Source: Candidatus Methanoperedens sp. (GTDB lineage Archaea; Halobacteriota; Methanosarcinia; Methanosarcinales; Methanoperedenaceae). Taken from it: a DNA stretch of 32,000 bases. Positions 1 to 8,860 of this stretch are shown here, piece by piece. How positions within the stretch are numbered: position 1 is the stretch's first letter; every line of letters begins with the position of its first letter. The stretch is taken from assembly GCA_027460535.1 (NCBI GenBank), contig JAPZAR010000018.1, positions 30,001 to 62,000 of the forward strand, written 5' to 3'. The position numbers and the translations under genes are program-made. The notes beneath the pieces are model-generated. The model saw nothing but the letters and a program-made list of their open reading frames with translations, made no database searches and was not told the DNA's origin.

Positions 1-2417
1 TTCACATAATCGCGAACAGTTGCGAGTATTTCAGGTTTCAGGGATTGCGGAGGAATTACGCACGCCGAATCCCCTGAATGTATCCCTGCTTCCTCTATAT
101 GCTCCATTATTGCGCCGATGAGCACTTCTTTGCCGTCGCATATTGCATCCACGTCTATTTCCGTGGCGTTATCAAGAAAATCATCGATAAGCACCGGATG
201 CTCATTCGATACCCTGACTGCCTCTTTCAGGTAGCGCTCAAGGTCGCGCTCATCATAGACTATCTCCATTGCGCGCCCCCCGAGCACGTATGACGGGCGC
301 ACAAGCACAGGATACCCGATCCTTTTTGCTTCATTGATGGCTTCGCTGTAATTAGTGGCGCATCCTGCTTCAGGCTGAAGAATTCCAAGTTTTTTCATCA
401 TGGCATTGAAGCGCCCCCTGTCCTCAGCAATATCCATATTATCCGGTGTCGTTCCAAGGATGACAGTATTCAGGTCAGTCCTGCGGTCAAGTTCTCTTTT
501 TAGAGGTATTGCAAGATTCACCGAAGTCTGCCCTCCAAACTGAACCATCACGCCGTAAGGACGCTCCCTGTCTATCACGTTCATGACATCCTCAAGCGTC
601 AGCGGTTCAAAGAAAAGCTTGTCTGACGTATCGTAGTCTGTCGAGACGGTTTCGGGATTGTTGTTAATTATATGTGTCTCAATACCTTCCTCCCGCAGCG
701 CTGTCACCGCATGCACAGTGCAGTAGTCGAACTCTATTCCCTGCCCGATGCGGATGGGGCCTGAGCCGATGATAAGGACTTTCTTCTTATTGGAAGGAGT
801 AGCCTCGCACTGATCTTCATAAGTTGAATAATAATATGGCGTAGCAGCAGCGAATTCTGCAGCGCAGGTATCCACCATCTTATAAGTGGGAATAATCCCG
901 TTCTGCCTTCGAACATCGTTTATCTCTTCACGTGATCTTCCACATAAGAACGCTATTCTTTCATCGCTTAATCCCATTCTCTTTGCTTTCCGAAGATTAT
1001 CCATAGAGAGTTCGATCTTTATCGATTCCTCGATATCAATGATGTTCTCGATCTTCCGAATAAAGAAAGGATCAATATTAGTAATCCTGCAAATCTCATC
1101 TGATGGCATCCCGTTACGTAATGCCTGGTATATGACGAACAACCGCTCATGTGTAGGATGGCGCAGGATGTCAATTATTTCATCGCTGCTCCATTCCCTG
1201 AACCCGAAGAACATATCTACTTCCAGCGAGCGGACAGCTTTCTGCAGCGCCTCTTCTATCGTTCTCCCTATCGCCATCACCTCGCCCGTGCTCTTCATCG
1301 CCGTCGTGAGATGCTTGTCCGCTGTCACGAATTTATCGAAAGGCCAGCGCGGGATTTTGACAACCGTGTAGTCGATGGTGGGCTCAAAAGAGGCAGGCGT
1401 TTTTTTGGTGATGTCATTCATGATCTCATCAAGCGTCATGCCAATAGCGATCTTTGCCGTGACGCGCGCTATCGGATAGCCAGTGGCTTTGGATGCAAGG
1501 GCTGAGGAGCGCGAGACCCTTGGGTTGACCTCAACGATCCTGACCTCGTCTTCTCGCACGGCGAACTGGATATTGCATCCTCCTTCAATACCGAGTGCCC
1601 TTATTATTTTTATCGAAGTGCTGCGGAGCCTCTGGTGATCGACATCCGATAAAGTCTGCGAAGGTGTAACCACGATGGACTCGCCCGTATGTATGCCCAT
1701 TGGGTCGATGTTCTCCATGTTGCATATGACGATGCACGTATCGTTCTTGTCACGCATGACCTCGTACTCGAATTCTTTCCATCCGATGATGCTCTCTTCG
1801 ATGAGTACCTGGTGTATCCGGGAGCGTTCAAGTCCCCGCTCTGTTATCTCAACGAGCTGCTCACGCGTATATGCTATGCCGCCGCCTGCACCGCCCAGTG
1901 TATATGCCGGGCGTATGATAAGCGGGAGGCCAAGTTCCTCGATCAGCGCCTCGGCTTCATGAAGTGAATTCACGGCTTTTGAGCGCGGCACCTTTTCGCC
2001 AATGCTAAGCATCTTTTTCTTGAAGAGATCGCGATCCTCAGAATCGCTTATCGCCTGCAGTGAGGTACCCAGGAGCTTTACCCCGAATTTGTCAAGCACG
2101 CCCATCTCGCCAAGCTCGGTGGTTATATTTAGCCCTGTCTGGCCGCCAAGACCTGCAATGATTCCATCAGGCCGCTCTTTTTCGATGATCTTTGCCACTA
2201 TCTCGGGCTCGAGGGGTTCGATATAGATGGCGTCTGCCATGTCTGTGTCCGTCATTATTGTAGCGGGATTACTGTTGACAAGAACGACTTTGATCCCTTC
2301 CTCCCGGAGTGAGCGGCATGCCTGGCTGCCTGAAAAATCAAACTCTGCAGCCTGGCCTATCATGATCGGGCCTGAGCCTATCAGAAGGACTTTCTTGATG
2401 TCGGGTCTTTTTGGCAT
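1..2417 (-). CDS. carB: carbamoyl-phosphate synthase large subunit (N-terminal ~800 codons; runs off the left window edge)
   Basis: Absent from the ORF track because there is no stop in the window. Minus-strand translation from the ATG at 2417-2415 reads MPKRPDIKKVLLIGSGPIMIGQAAEFDFSGSQACRSLREEGIKVVLVNSNPATIMTD, a canonical CarB N-terminus. In the same frame, around 1500-1805 it reads LIEESIIGWKEFEYEVMRDKNDTCIVICNMENIDPMGIHTGESIVVTPSQTL...VEVNPRVSRSSA. Near position 1 it reads VLIDDFLDNATEIDVDAICDGKEVLIGAIMEHIEEAGIHSGDSACVIPPQ (second ATP-grasp half). The plus-strand ORFs at 78-2445 are antisense shadows. Confidence 0.93.
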   Translation of the reverse strand, partial: MPKRPDIKKVLLIGSGPIMIGQAAEFDFSGSQACRSLREEGIKVVLVNSNPATIMTDTDMADAIYIEPLEPEIVAKIIEKERPDGIIAGLGGQTGLNITTELGEMGVLDKFGVKLLGTSLQAISDSEDRDLFKKKMLSIGEKVPRSKAVNSLHEAEALIEELGLPLIIRPAYTLGGAGGGIAYTREQLVEITERGLERSRIHQVLIEESIIGWKEFEYEVMRDKNDTCIVICNMENIDPMGIHTGESIVVTPSQTLSDVDHQRLRSTSIKIIRALGIEGGCNIQFAVREDEVRIVEVNPRVSRSSALASKATGYPIARVTAKIAIGMTLDEIMNDITKKTPASFEPTIDYTVVKIPRWPFDKFVTADKHLTTAMKSTGEVMAIGRTIEEALQKAVRSLEVDMFFGFREWSSDEIIDILRHPTHERLFVIYQALRNGMPSDEICRITNIDPFFIRKIENIIDIEESIKIELSMDNLRKAKRMGLSDERIAFLCGRSREEINDVRRQNGIIPTYKMVDTCAAEFAAATPYYYSTYEDQCEATPSNKKKVLIIGSGPIRIGQGIEFDYCTVHAVTALREEGIETHIINNNPETVSTDYDTSDKLFFEPLTLEDVMNVIDRERPYGVMVQFGGQTSVNLAIPLKRELDRRTDLNTVILGTTPDNMDIAEDRGRFNAMMKKLGILQPEAGCATNYSEAINEAKRIGYPVLVRPSYVLGGRAMEIVYDERDLERYLKEAVRVSNEHPVLIDDFLDNATEIDVDAICDGKEVLIGAIMEHIEEAGIHSGDSACVIPPQSLKPEILATVRDYV

Positions 2418-2558
2418 TCTAACTCGAGTCTCTTTTTCTGCCTAAAATGTCATATCCTGTTATTAATTCTATCCATTGATTTTATTATATTGACTTTTAT
2501 GAATAAAAATCTGGAAAGCAAAGACTTATTACGTTTAATTCAGATTGCAGGAAGCATT

Positions 2559-2846
2559 ATGATCACCAGAAAAGACCTTGAGCACATTGGGTGGCTTGCG
2601 CGCATTGAGCTGGGCGAGGAGGATAAGGAAAAATACACCCCCAAGCTCAATTCTATTCTTGATTATTTCAGCGAGCTTGATAAGGTGGATACCGATGGGA
2701 TCGAGCCCACGTATCACGTCCTGCCCCTTAGCAACGTGTTCCGGGAGGACGAACCCGCTGTCTCAGGATCCCTCTCGCAGGAAGAGGCGCTATCCAATGC
2801 TCCGAAGAGGCAGGACGGGTTTTTCAAGGCGCCGAGGATGATGTGA
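2559..2846 (+). CDS. gatC: Asp/Glu-tRNA amidotransferase subunit C
   Basis: The track ORF is 2490..2846. I prefer the internal ATG at 2559 (MITRKDLEHIGWLARIELGEEDKEKY...), which gives a 95-aa product of normal GatC size. The 2490 ATG begins at the last base of an AT-rich TATA-like box (tttattatat, 2481-2490) in the divergent carB/gatC intergenic region. The stop codon abuts the gatA ATG at 2847. Confidence 0.85.
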   Translation: MITRKDLEHIGWLARIELGEEDKEKYTPKLNSILDYFSELDKVDTDGIEPTYHVLPLSNVFREDEPAVSGSLSQEEALSNAPKRQDGFFKAPRMM

Positions 2847-4268
2847 ATGTGGGCGAGTATCAACGAGCTCAGGGAAAGGATCCATGCGGAGTCCTCTGAA
2901 GAGATCATTGCCGAATACTTTGAAAGGATCGAAGCCAGCAAGCTGAATGCTTTCATCACAGTTTCAAAAGAAAGCGCAATATCGAGGGCCAGAGAGATAG
3001 ATTCAGAAGGTCACGAAGGCACCCTTGCAGGCATTCCGATCGCTATCAAAGACAATATTTCCACAAAGGGCATCCCGACCACCTGCGCCTCAAAGATCCT
3101 GACCGGGTATGTTCCTCCATACGACGCCCATGTAATTGAAAGACTAAAAGAAGCTGGCGCAGTTATCATCGGTAAGACCAACATGGACGAGTTTGCAATG
3201 GGCACTTCCACGGAGACAAGCTACTATGGGGCCACAAGGAATCCCTGGGATTCTGGCAGGGTACCCGGCGGATCATCAGGGGGAAGCGCCGCCTCAGTGG
3301 CTGGAGGCGAAGTTCCGCTCTCGTTAGGTTCTGATACAGGCGGTTCAGTGCGCTGTCCCGCTTCTTTCTGCGGAGTAGTGGGTTTGAAACCTACATACGG
3401 CGTGATATCACGTTACGGGCTTATTTCGTATGCCAACTCGCTTGAGCAGATAGGGCCGTTCGCCACGAACGTTCGTGATGTGGCAACTCTATTTGATGTC
3501 ATAGCAGGCTATGACCCGCGCGATTCAACATCGGTTCAAATCGAGGCAAATTATTCGTCGGCGCTTAAAAACGATGTGAAAGGTTTGAAGATAGGTGTCC
3601 CGGAGGAATATTTCGGGGAAGGAACGGATGAAAAAGTGGAAAAGTCGGTGAGGAATGCAATCCAAACGCTGGAAGACCTGGGCGCGAGAAGCACCAGCGT
3701 AACGATGCCTCACACAAAATATGCTCTTTCGGCTTATTACATCATAGCCATGAGTGAAGCATCCTCTAACCTTGCCAGGTTCGACGGCATGAGATATGGC
3801 CTCCGAACGGAGGACTCCGACTGGCATACCACCTTCTCGCAGGTGAGGGCCGCAGGGTTCGGTGACGAAGTAAAGCGGCGCATCCTGCTTGGAACATATG
3901 CGCTATCTGCAGGATATCATGATAAATACTATTTGAAAGCCCTGAAAATCCGGACACTCATAAAGCAGGACTTTGAGCGCGCTTTCAGGGACGTGGACGT
4001 GTTGATCGCGCCCACGATGCCGTATCCTGCATTCAGGATAGGTGAAAAAATTGATGATCCGCTGTCGCTCTACCTTGCTGATGTGGATACGGTACCGATA
4101 AACCTCGCAGGCGTCCCTTCTATTTCCGTGCCATGCGGTTTTTCAGGCGGGCTACCTGTCGGGATGCAGGTGATAGGGAAGCATTTTGACGAAGCAACCG
4201 TTCTGCAGACTGCTTACACATTTGAAGAGAATACTGATTTTCATGAAAAAAGACCGGAGGGATTGTAA
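2847..4268 (+). CDS. gatA: Asp/Glu-tRNA amidotransferase subunit A (amidase signature family)
   Basis: 473 aa with the amidase signature GGSSGGSAASVAGGEVPLSLGSDTGGSVRCPASFCGVVGLKPTYG. It lies between gatC and gatB, and its stop overlaps the gatB start (TAATG at 4266-4270). Confidence 0.95.
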   Translation: MWASINELRERIHAESSEEIIAEYFERIEASKLNAFITVSKESAISRAREIDSEGHEGTLAGIPIAIKDNISTKGIPTTCASKILTGYVPPYDAHVIERLKEAGAVIIGKTNMDEFAMGTSTETSYYGATRNPWDSGRVPGGSSGGSAASVAGGEVPLSLGSDTGGSVRCPASFCGVVGLKPTYGVISRYGLISYANSLEQIGPFATNVRDVATLFDVIAGYDPRDSTSVQIEANYSSALKNDVKGLKIGVPEEYFGEGTDEKVEKSVRNAIQTLEDLGARSTSVTMPHTKYALSAYYIIAMSEASSNLARFDGMRYGLRTEDSDWHTTFSQVRAAGFGDEVKRRILLGTYALSAGYHDKYYLKALKIRTLIKQDFERAFRDVDVLIAPTMPYPAFRIGEKIDDPLSLYLADVDTVPINLAGVPSISVPCGFSGGLPVGMQVIGKHFDEATVLQTAYTFEENTDFHEKRPEGL

Positions 4269-5683
4269 TGTACGATAATCCTGACGGCGTAATGATCGGT
4301 CTTGAAGTCCATGTCCAGTTAAACAAACTCAAGACCAAGGTATTCTGCGGATGCACCACTGATTATCACAACGACCCTCCGAACTCGCATGCATGTCCTG
4401 TGTGCCTCGGGCTTCCCGGTTCCATGCCCGTGATCAATAAAAAGGCAGTGGAAGCAGCAATAAAAGTAGGGCTTGCCCTGAACTGCAAGGTTGAAGAGCA
4501 TACGCAGTTTTACAGGAAGAACTACTACTATCCCGATCTTCCGAAAGGCTTCCAGATAACGCAATATGACTTTCCCATTTCAAGCGGCGGTTACATCATT
4601 ATCGAAGGTGAGGACGGGGAGCACAGAGTCAGGATAACGAGGGCTCACATGGAAGAAGACCCCGGAAGGCTCGTGCACGAGGGCACAATAGACAAATCAA
4701 AGTACACGCTTATCGATTATAACCGTTCAGGAATGGCGCTGCTTGAGATAGTGAGCGAGCCCGATTTGAGGAGCCCGAAAGAGGCACGGCGCTATCTCGA
4801 CAAACTGCGCAATATCCTTGAATACCTTGATGTGTTTGACGGAAACCTGGAGGGCGCTCTCAGAGTGGACGCCAATATCTCCATAATGGGAGGACAGCGC
4901 GCCGAGATCAAGAACATTTCCTCGCATAAGGGCGCTGAGCGTGCGCTTCTCTATGAGATCGTGCGACAGAAGAACGTGCTGCGCCGCGGCGGCGTTGTGG
5001 TGCTGGAGACGCGCCATTTTGACGAGGCGCGAGAGATCACGCTCTCCATGCGTTCTAAGGAAGAGGCCCACGATTACCGCTATTTTCCTGAACCTGACCT
5101 TGTGCCTCTGAAGATATCAGGATGGGCGCCGGCTATAAAGGAGACGCTGCCTGAGCTGCCTGATGCCAGACGCATTCGCTTCGTGGAGCAGTATGGTGTC
5201 AAGGATGACCATGCCAAGGCGCTGACATCGGAGCTGAAACTTGCGATTTTCTACGAAGATGTGGCAAAAAAAGCCGATCCAAGAATGGCTGCTGTCTGGA
5301 TATGCGATGTGCTGAAAGGAGAGTTGAATTACCGCGACCTCACTGTAGATGCTTTCAGGAAAGAGCATATGCTCTCGGTGCTTGAGCTTCTCGCAGGCAA
5401 GAGGATAACAGAGGACGGCGCCGTGGATATTATCAGAACGCTTCTTGATAAAGGTGGCTCACCTGAAGAAATCATCAAAGAGAAAGGGCTCGTTATAGTC
5501 GAAGGGGATATCGTTGAGACTGCGGCGCTTGAAGCGATAAAGGAGAACCCGCAGGCTGTGGCAGATTTCAAAGCCGGGAAGGAAAAGGCGCTCAACTCGC
5601 TTGTGGGTGCGGTGATGAAGAAGACGAAGGGCAGGGCGGATGCGAAGGCGGCGAGGGAGGTATTGCTGGGGAAGTTGGGGTAG
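4268..5683 (+). CDS. gatB: Asp/Glu-tRNA amidotransferase subunit B
   Basis: 471 aa with GatB motifs MIGLEVHVQLN, CGC...CPVCLGLPGSMPV, YYYPDLPKGFQITQYD and AHMEEDPGRL. It is translationally coupled to gatA. Confidence 0.95.
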   Translation: MYDNPDGVMIGLEVHVQLNKLKTKVFCGCTTDYHNDPPNSHACPVCLGLPGSMPVINKKAVEAAIKVGLALNCKVEEHTQFYRKNYYYPDLPKGFQITQYDFPISSGGYIIIEGEDGEHRVRITRAHMEEDPGRLVHEGTIDKSKYTLIDYNRSGMALLEIVSEPDLRSPKEARRYLDKLRNILEYLDVFDGNLEGALRVDANISIMGGQRAEIKNISSHKGAERALLYEIVRQKNVLRRGGVVVLETRHFDEAREITLSMRSKEEAHDYRYFPEPDLVPLKISGWAPAIKETLPELPDARRIRFVEQYGVKDDHAKALTSELKLAIFYEDVAKKADPRMAAVWICDVLKGELNYRDLTVDAFRKEHMLSVLELLAGKRITEDGAVDIIRTLLDKGGSPEEIIKEKGLVIVEGDIVETAALEAIKENPQAVADFKAGKEKALNSLVGAVMKKTKGRADAKAAREVLLGKLG

Positions 5684-5780
5684 AATTTGGTTCAACTTTT
5701 AAATTCAATGTAGTTCTTCCTCATCGATTGGCTTTAAGTACCCGCATAGCATTTAGCTGAAACTTGGCGAAGGTGATTCC

Positions 5781-6764
5781 ATGTCTCTGGCAGAACTTTC
5801 TTTCAGCATACTCGCAATAATCTTACTCATGGTTGCCTCCATATTCTTCAGCCTGACCGAGACATCGATACTATCCCTTAATAAGATCCGACTGAAAGGA
5901 TACCTGGAAAAAGGCCGGAAGAACGCCGATGCAATAAAGGAAATGCTGAACGCTCCCGAGAATTTCCTGGCCGCTATCCTGATAGGCAACAATATTGTTA
6001 ATATAACGATCTCGGTACTGATAACCATAGTTGTGTTGCAGGTTTTCGGTGAGGGTGCGGCAACTCTTGCGACGGTGATCGCTGCATTCCTGATAGTAGC
6101 CTTTGCAGAAATAACACCAAAAGCCTATGCTGCAAGGAATCCCGAGATCGCCTATAAGCTTGCAGGCTTGATGAGACTCATAATCAGGATCCTAAAACCA
6201 TTGATCATCTTTTTTACAAGATTTACTAACTTTCTCCTGAAACTGATTCACGTGCGCTCATCCCCAAAAGAGCCAATCTTCCTTCGCGAAGACCTGCGCC
6301 ACCTGATCGAAATGGGAGAAGAAGAGGGCGTAATTCACAAGAGAGAGAAACATCTTCTCAAATCGGCTCTGGATTTTTCCCAGATAAAAGCAAGCGATGT
6401 AGTGATACCTATGGAAAAAGTTACGAGCATAGATATTAATTCAACACTTGAATACGCTGTAAATGTAGTTAATTCAGAGGGATTCGCAAGGATGCCGCTT
6501 CTTGCCGATGGCAAAATACTGGGATATGTGCACATCAAAGATATCCTTAATAACCTCCAGGATAGGAAGAAGTCGATAAAGGATTTGGCTCGCCCGGCTC
6601 TCTTCGTTTCACCAAATACTTCCCTTCTCGAACTGGTAGAACTGATCAAGGACAGGCAGTCCAGTATGTGTTTCGTGATTGACGGGCAGGGAAATCCACT
6701 CGGACTTATAACGCTTGGCTTATTACTTGAGAAAATAATAGGTGAGATCAAGCACGTGGAATAA
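5781..6764 (+). CDS. DUF21/CNNM-type transporter with CBS-domain pair (HlyC/CorC-like, lacking the CorC_HlyC C-terminal domain)
   Basis: 327 aa. The N-terminal hydrophobic region has the DUF21-type start (...IFFSLTETSILSLNKIRLKG) and ITPKAYA. Two CBS-like modules follow (ASDVVIPMEKVTSID... and PALFVSPNTSLLELVELIKD...GLITLGLLLEKIIGEI). GGTGA lies just upstream of the ATG. Confidence 0.8.
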   Translation: MSLAELSFSILAIILLMVASIFFSLTETSILSLNKIRLKGYLEKGRKNADAIKEMLNAPENFLAAILIGNNIVNITISVLITIVVLQVFGEGAATLATVIAAFLIVAFAEITPKAYAARNPEIAYKLAGLMRLIIRILKPLIIFFTRFTNFLLKLIHVRSSPKEPIFLREDLRHLIEMGEEEGVIHKREKHLLKSALDFSQIKASDVVIPMEKVTSIDINSTLEYAVNVVNSEGFARMPLLADGKILGYVHIKDILNNLQDRKKSIKDLARPALFVSPNTSLLELVELIKDRQSSMCFVIDGQGNPLGLITLGLLLEKIIGEIKHVE

Positions 6765-6776
6765 GGGATTATTTAG

Positions 6777-7469
6777 ATGAAACTTCTGAACAAGGTCGCA
6801 GTTGTGACTGGCGGCGGGCGGGGCATTGGTAGGGAGATAGCGCTGGCGCTTGCACGCGAGGGGGCTGATATTGCAGTCGCCGCGCGTACGGATAGAGAGA
6901 TAGGCGTCGTGGCAGCTGAGATAGAAAAGCTGGGAAGGCGCAGCCTTGCGGTACCCATGGATGTGAGGTCAATCCAGGCTGTAAAGAACCTCGTCAGGAG
7001 AACAAAAGCCGTTTTGGGAGGCATTGACATTCTTGTGAACGACGCAGGCATCGCCTTCAGAAAAACCCTAGCTGAGACTTCGAATGGAGAGTGGGATATG
7101 ATCATGGATACGAACCTGAAAGGGACTTTCCTGTGCTGCCGCGAGGTCCTTCCGGTTTTGACCAAAGGCGGTGTTATAGTCAACATCTCCTCCGGGGCTG
7201 GAAAAAGCGGTATCCCCGAGCTTTCGGCTTACTGCGCCTCCAAATTCGGCGTGATCGGCCTCACAGAATCACTGGCATATGAGGTTGCCAAAAAAGGCAT
7301 CCGGGTTTATGCTGTGTGCCCGGGTGGAGTGGATACCGGTATGCACCGCTCCCTTTACCCGGAGGATGTATCCTCGCTCCTGCGACCCGAGCATGTGGCA
7401 GCGCAAGTTCTTGAGTTGTGCCTCCCCGAATGCAGGATCGTGAGCGGCTCTTCAGTGGAGATAGCTTAA
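6777..7469 (+). CDS. short-chain dehydrogenase/reductase (FabG-like SDR)
   Basis: 230 aa with the Rossmann motif VTGGGRGIGREIALALAREGA, NISS and catalytic YCASK (YxxxK). The substrate cannot be assigned from sequence. Confidence 0.85.
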   Translation: MKLLNKVAVVTGGGRGIGREIALALAREGADIAVAARTDREIGVVAAEIEKLGRRSLAVPMDVRSIQAVKNLVRRTKAVLGGIDILVNDAGIAFRKTLAETSNGEWDMIMDTNLKGTFLCCREVLPVLTKGGVIVNISSGAGKSGIPELSAYCASKFGVIGLTESLAYEVAKKGIRVYAVCPGGVDTGMHRSLYPEDVSSLLRPEHVAAQVLELCLPECRIVSGSSVEIA

Positions 7470-7915
7470 TCTTCCTTTTCTTTGGGTATCCCGCAAACTT
7501 TGCACTCCGTTTTGTCTGAAAGTTTGATTTTTTCAGAATCCATCGCCCGTGTGCCCTCGGCAAGCACTGCTGCGTTGGAAAGCGAGCCCGCGATCAGGAT
7601 AGCATCAAATATTTCTTCCTTTGTCACCCCAAGGCGCTGGGCCACCCGGATATGCATTTTCAGGCAGTGGTCGCAGCGAAGCGCCGCAGACACCCCTATC
7701 GAGATCAATTCTATGGTTTTCTGATCAAGGCGCTTAAATTCCCGTATTATCGCATTTTCATAAAGAACCTTGGTGACAAGCAGCTCTGGCGATTGTTTCA
7801 TGAAGTTCAGAATGTATGGTACTTCACCGTATGCTTTCTCGACCTCTTTCAATAATTCCTCGGCCGCTTCATCCGGCTCTTTTTTTAAGATCTTTTCAAT
7901 CTTGTGTAGTTCCAT
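7466..7915 (-). CDS. carboxymuconolactone decarboxylase / AhpD-like family protein
   Basis: 149 aa with the AhpD-core CxxC in SAALRCDHCLKMHIRVAQRLG and an extra C-terminal CKVC. It is convergent with the SDR gene, and the two stop codons overlap (7466-7469). Confidence 0.75.
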   Translation of the reverse strand: MELHKIEKILKKEPDEAAEELLKEVEKAYGEVPYILNFMKQSPELLVTKVLYENAIIREFKRLDQKTIELISIGVSAALRCDHCLKMHIRVAQRLGVTKEEIFDAILIAGSLSNAAVLAEGTRAMDSEKIKLSDKTECKVCGIPKEKED

Positions 7916-8041
7916 GTATTAAAACGATTTTAATCCTATACTAAATAAAGATTTGCTTATAATTTTTTGTTGCTTCTTATTTGAATTTTTTGCATTTTTG
8001 TAGATGTAAAATCCTTTTGGTGTTATGATGTACAGAACCAC

Positions 8042-8418
8042 TGATGAACGGATATAAACGCGGATACGCTATCACAAATCTGTGTTCATCAAGGCCGAAA
8101 CCCTGCGGGTTCTCAGACCGAAACCTAACGGTTCTCGACTCCCAAACAACACGTATGCCCTGGGGGGATATCGCATAGCGATATCCACGTATGGCGGAGC
8201 CATACGTCAAGGGTTGCGCCCCTTGAGGACGCGTCCACGTATGCCAGTACGCTGGCATACGTGTGCACGGCGTCAACTGACGTGACGGTTGTGCGACGTC
8301 AACTGGCGCAACGGTTGACGTGGATGCGCCGCTCCGAAACCCTGCGGGTTCTCGACTCCGCACACGCATATGGCAACGCCATATGCGGATACGCCCTCCC
8401 GAGGCGCGACTCGGGAGG
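8042..8418. repeat. GC-rich cluster of at least 10 short, mostly perfect stem-loops plus direct repeats (candidate structured RNA or palindromic-element cluster)
   Basis: Stems read directly from the sequence: 8042-8049/8084-8091 (8 bp); 8166-8174/8178-8186 (9 bp, loop ATA); 8187-8195/8199-8207 (9 bp, loop GGA); 8208-8213/8220-8225 (6 bp); 8236-8247/8252-8263 (12 bp, loop TACG); 8296-8303/8314-8321 (8 bp); 8365-8374/8378-8387 (10 bp, loop AAC); 8395-8403/8410-8418 (9 bp). The perfect 20-nt direct repeat ccgaaaccctgcgggttctc occurs at 8095-8114 and 8334-8353, with a variant copy at 8118-8142. Each copy is itself an imperfect hairpin. A 26-nt tandem duplication spans 8271-8322. Confidence 0.7.
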
Positions 8419-8582
8419 CTCGTGACTCTGGGCGCCATTATCTGCGGTTTCCTGACAAGGATTTCATGATAGCCTGCAACACCAAACTTTTTTACAGTCC
8501 CGCATTTTTAAGAAACTGTGTTTTGAATTTAACAGTTGTTAAATGAAGAAAATATCCCATTTTTCTGATATAATTTCATCGA

Positions 8583-8834
8583 TCACAATGCCCGGATATC
8601 ACCGCTTTCAACCACATCCGTTGGTACTCCATCAAGTTCCCCGGGCACGATGTCCTCCTCTCTTAGCTCTCTCTTTGGTTTTTTTTTCATCACATAACAT
8701 ATGATGGCGGGCTTATTTGACTTCCTGCCGCCAATGACCTTGTATCCGGTAGCGCAACCCACCACTCCTTTCTTTTTTAAAAGAGCGGATTCATACTTGT
8801 TCTTTATCCTCTTTGCTTCTTCGATTGTAGCCAT
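8583..8834 (-). CDS. small protein paralogous to the N-terminal (pro-domain-like) region of the adjacent S1 protease
   Basis: 83 aa. GVVGCATGYKVIGGRKSNKPAIICYVMKKK...IVPGELDGVPTDVVESGDIRAL aligns with residues about 18-79 of the upstream 336-aa protease (NVVGVMTGYKIRGEEKTRELSIICMVEKKV...IPKKIDDAVTDVIEVGKIRAL). It stops exactly at the shared IRAL boundary. Confidence 0.7.
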   Translation of the reverse strand: MATIEEAKRIKNKYESALLKKKGVVGCATGYKVIGGRKSNKPAIICYVMKKKPKRELREEDIVPGELDGVPTDVVESGDIRAL

Positions 8835-8860
8835 TGTTTCATCTCGATGTCGCCATCATG

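Noticed and set aside
78-2445. Plus-strand ORFs (71-161 aa) tiled across the first 2.4 kb, and the minus-strand ORFs at 734..916 and 1610..1831
   Set aside because: They lie antisense to, or out of frame with, a continuous minus-strand reading frame that translates to unmistakable CarB sequence. The translations themselves are low-complexity.
2490-2558. Upstream ATG (2490) as the gatC start, and upstream ATG (26825) as the tail-fibre start
   Set aside because: The 2490 ATG would add 23 atypical residues and begins at the last base of the TATA-like AT box (2481-2490). For the fibre, the ATG at 26771 has a GGAGGT Shine-Dalgarno 6 nt upstream, whereas the 26825 ATG has none. Both longer versions remain possible.
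8042-8418. Possibility that the repeat block is a CRISPR array
   Set aside because: There is no regular repeat-spacer periodicity. Only one 20-nt sequence recurs (two perfect copies plus one variant). The other palindromes all differ from one another. No cas genes are nearby.
7977-8438. 153-aa minus-strand ORF (and the 67-aa plus-strand ORF at 8082..8285) covering the hairpin block
   Set aside because: The translation is Arg/Pro/Ser-rich low-complexity sequence with no motif. ORFs appear on both strands, as expected for GC-rich palindromic DNA that lacks AT-rich stop codons. The nucleotide-level hairpins and direct repeats explain the region better than coding does.
7916-8582. Search for a tRNA gene, integrase or att-like site at the island boundary
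   Set aside because: I could not fold any cloverleaf-like segment or see T-loop or anticodon-arm patterns. No recombinase-like ORF is present in the window, so the integration mechanism is unknown.
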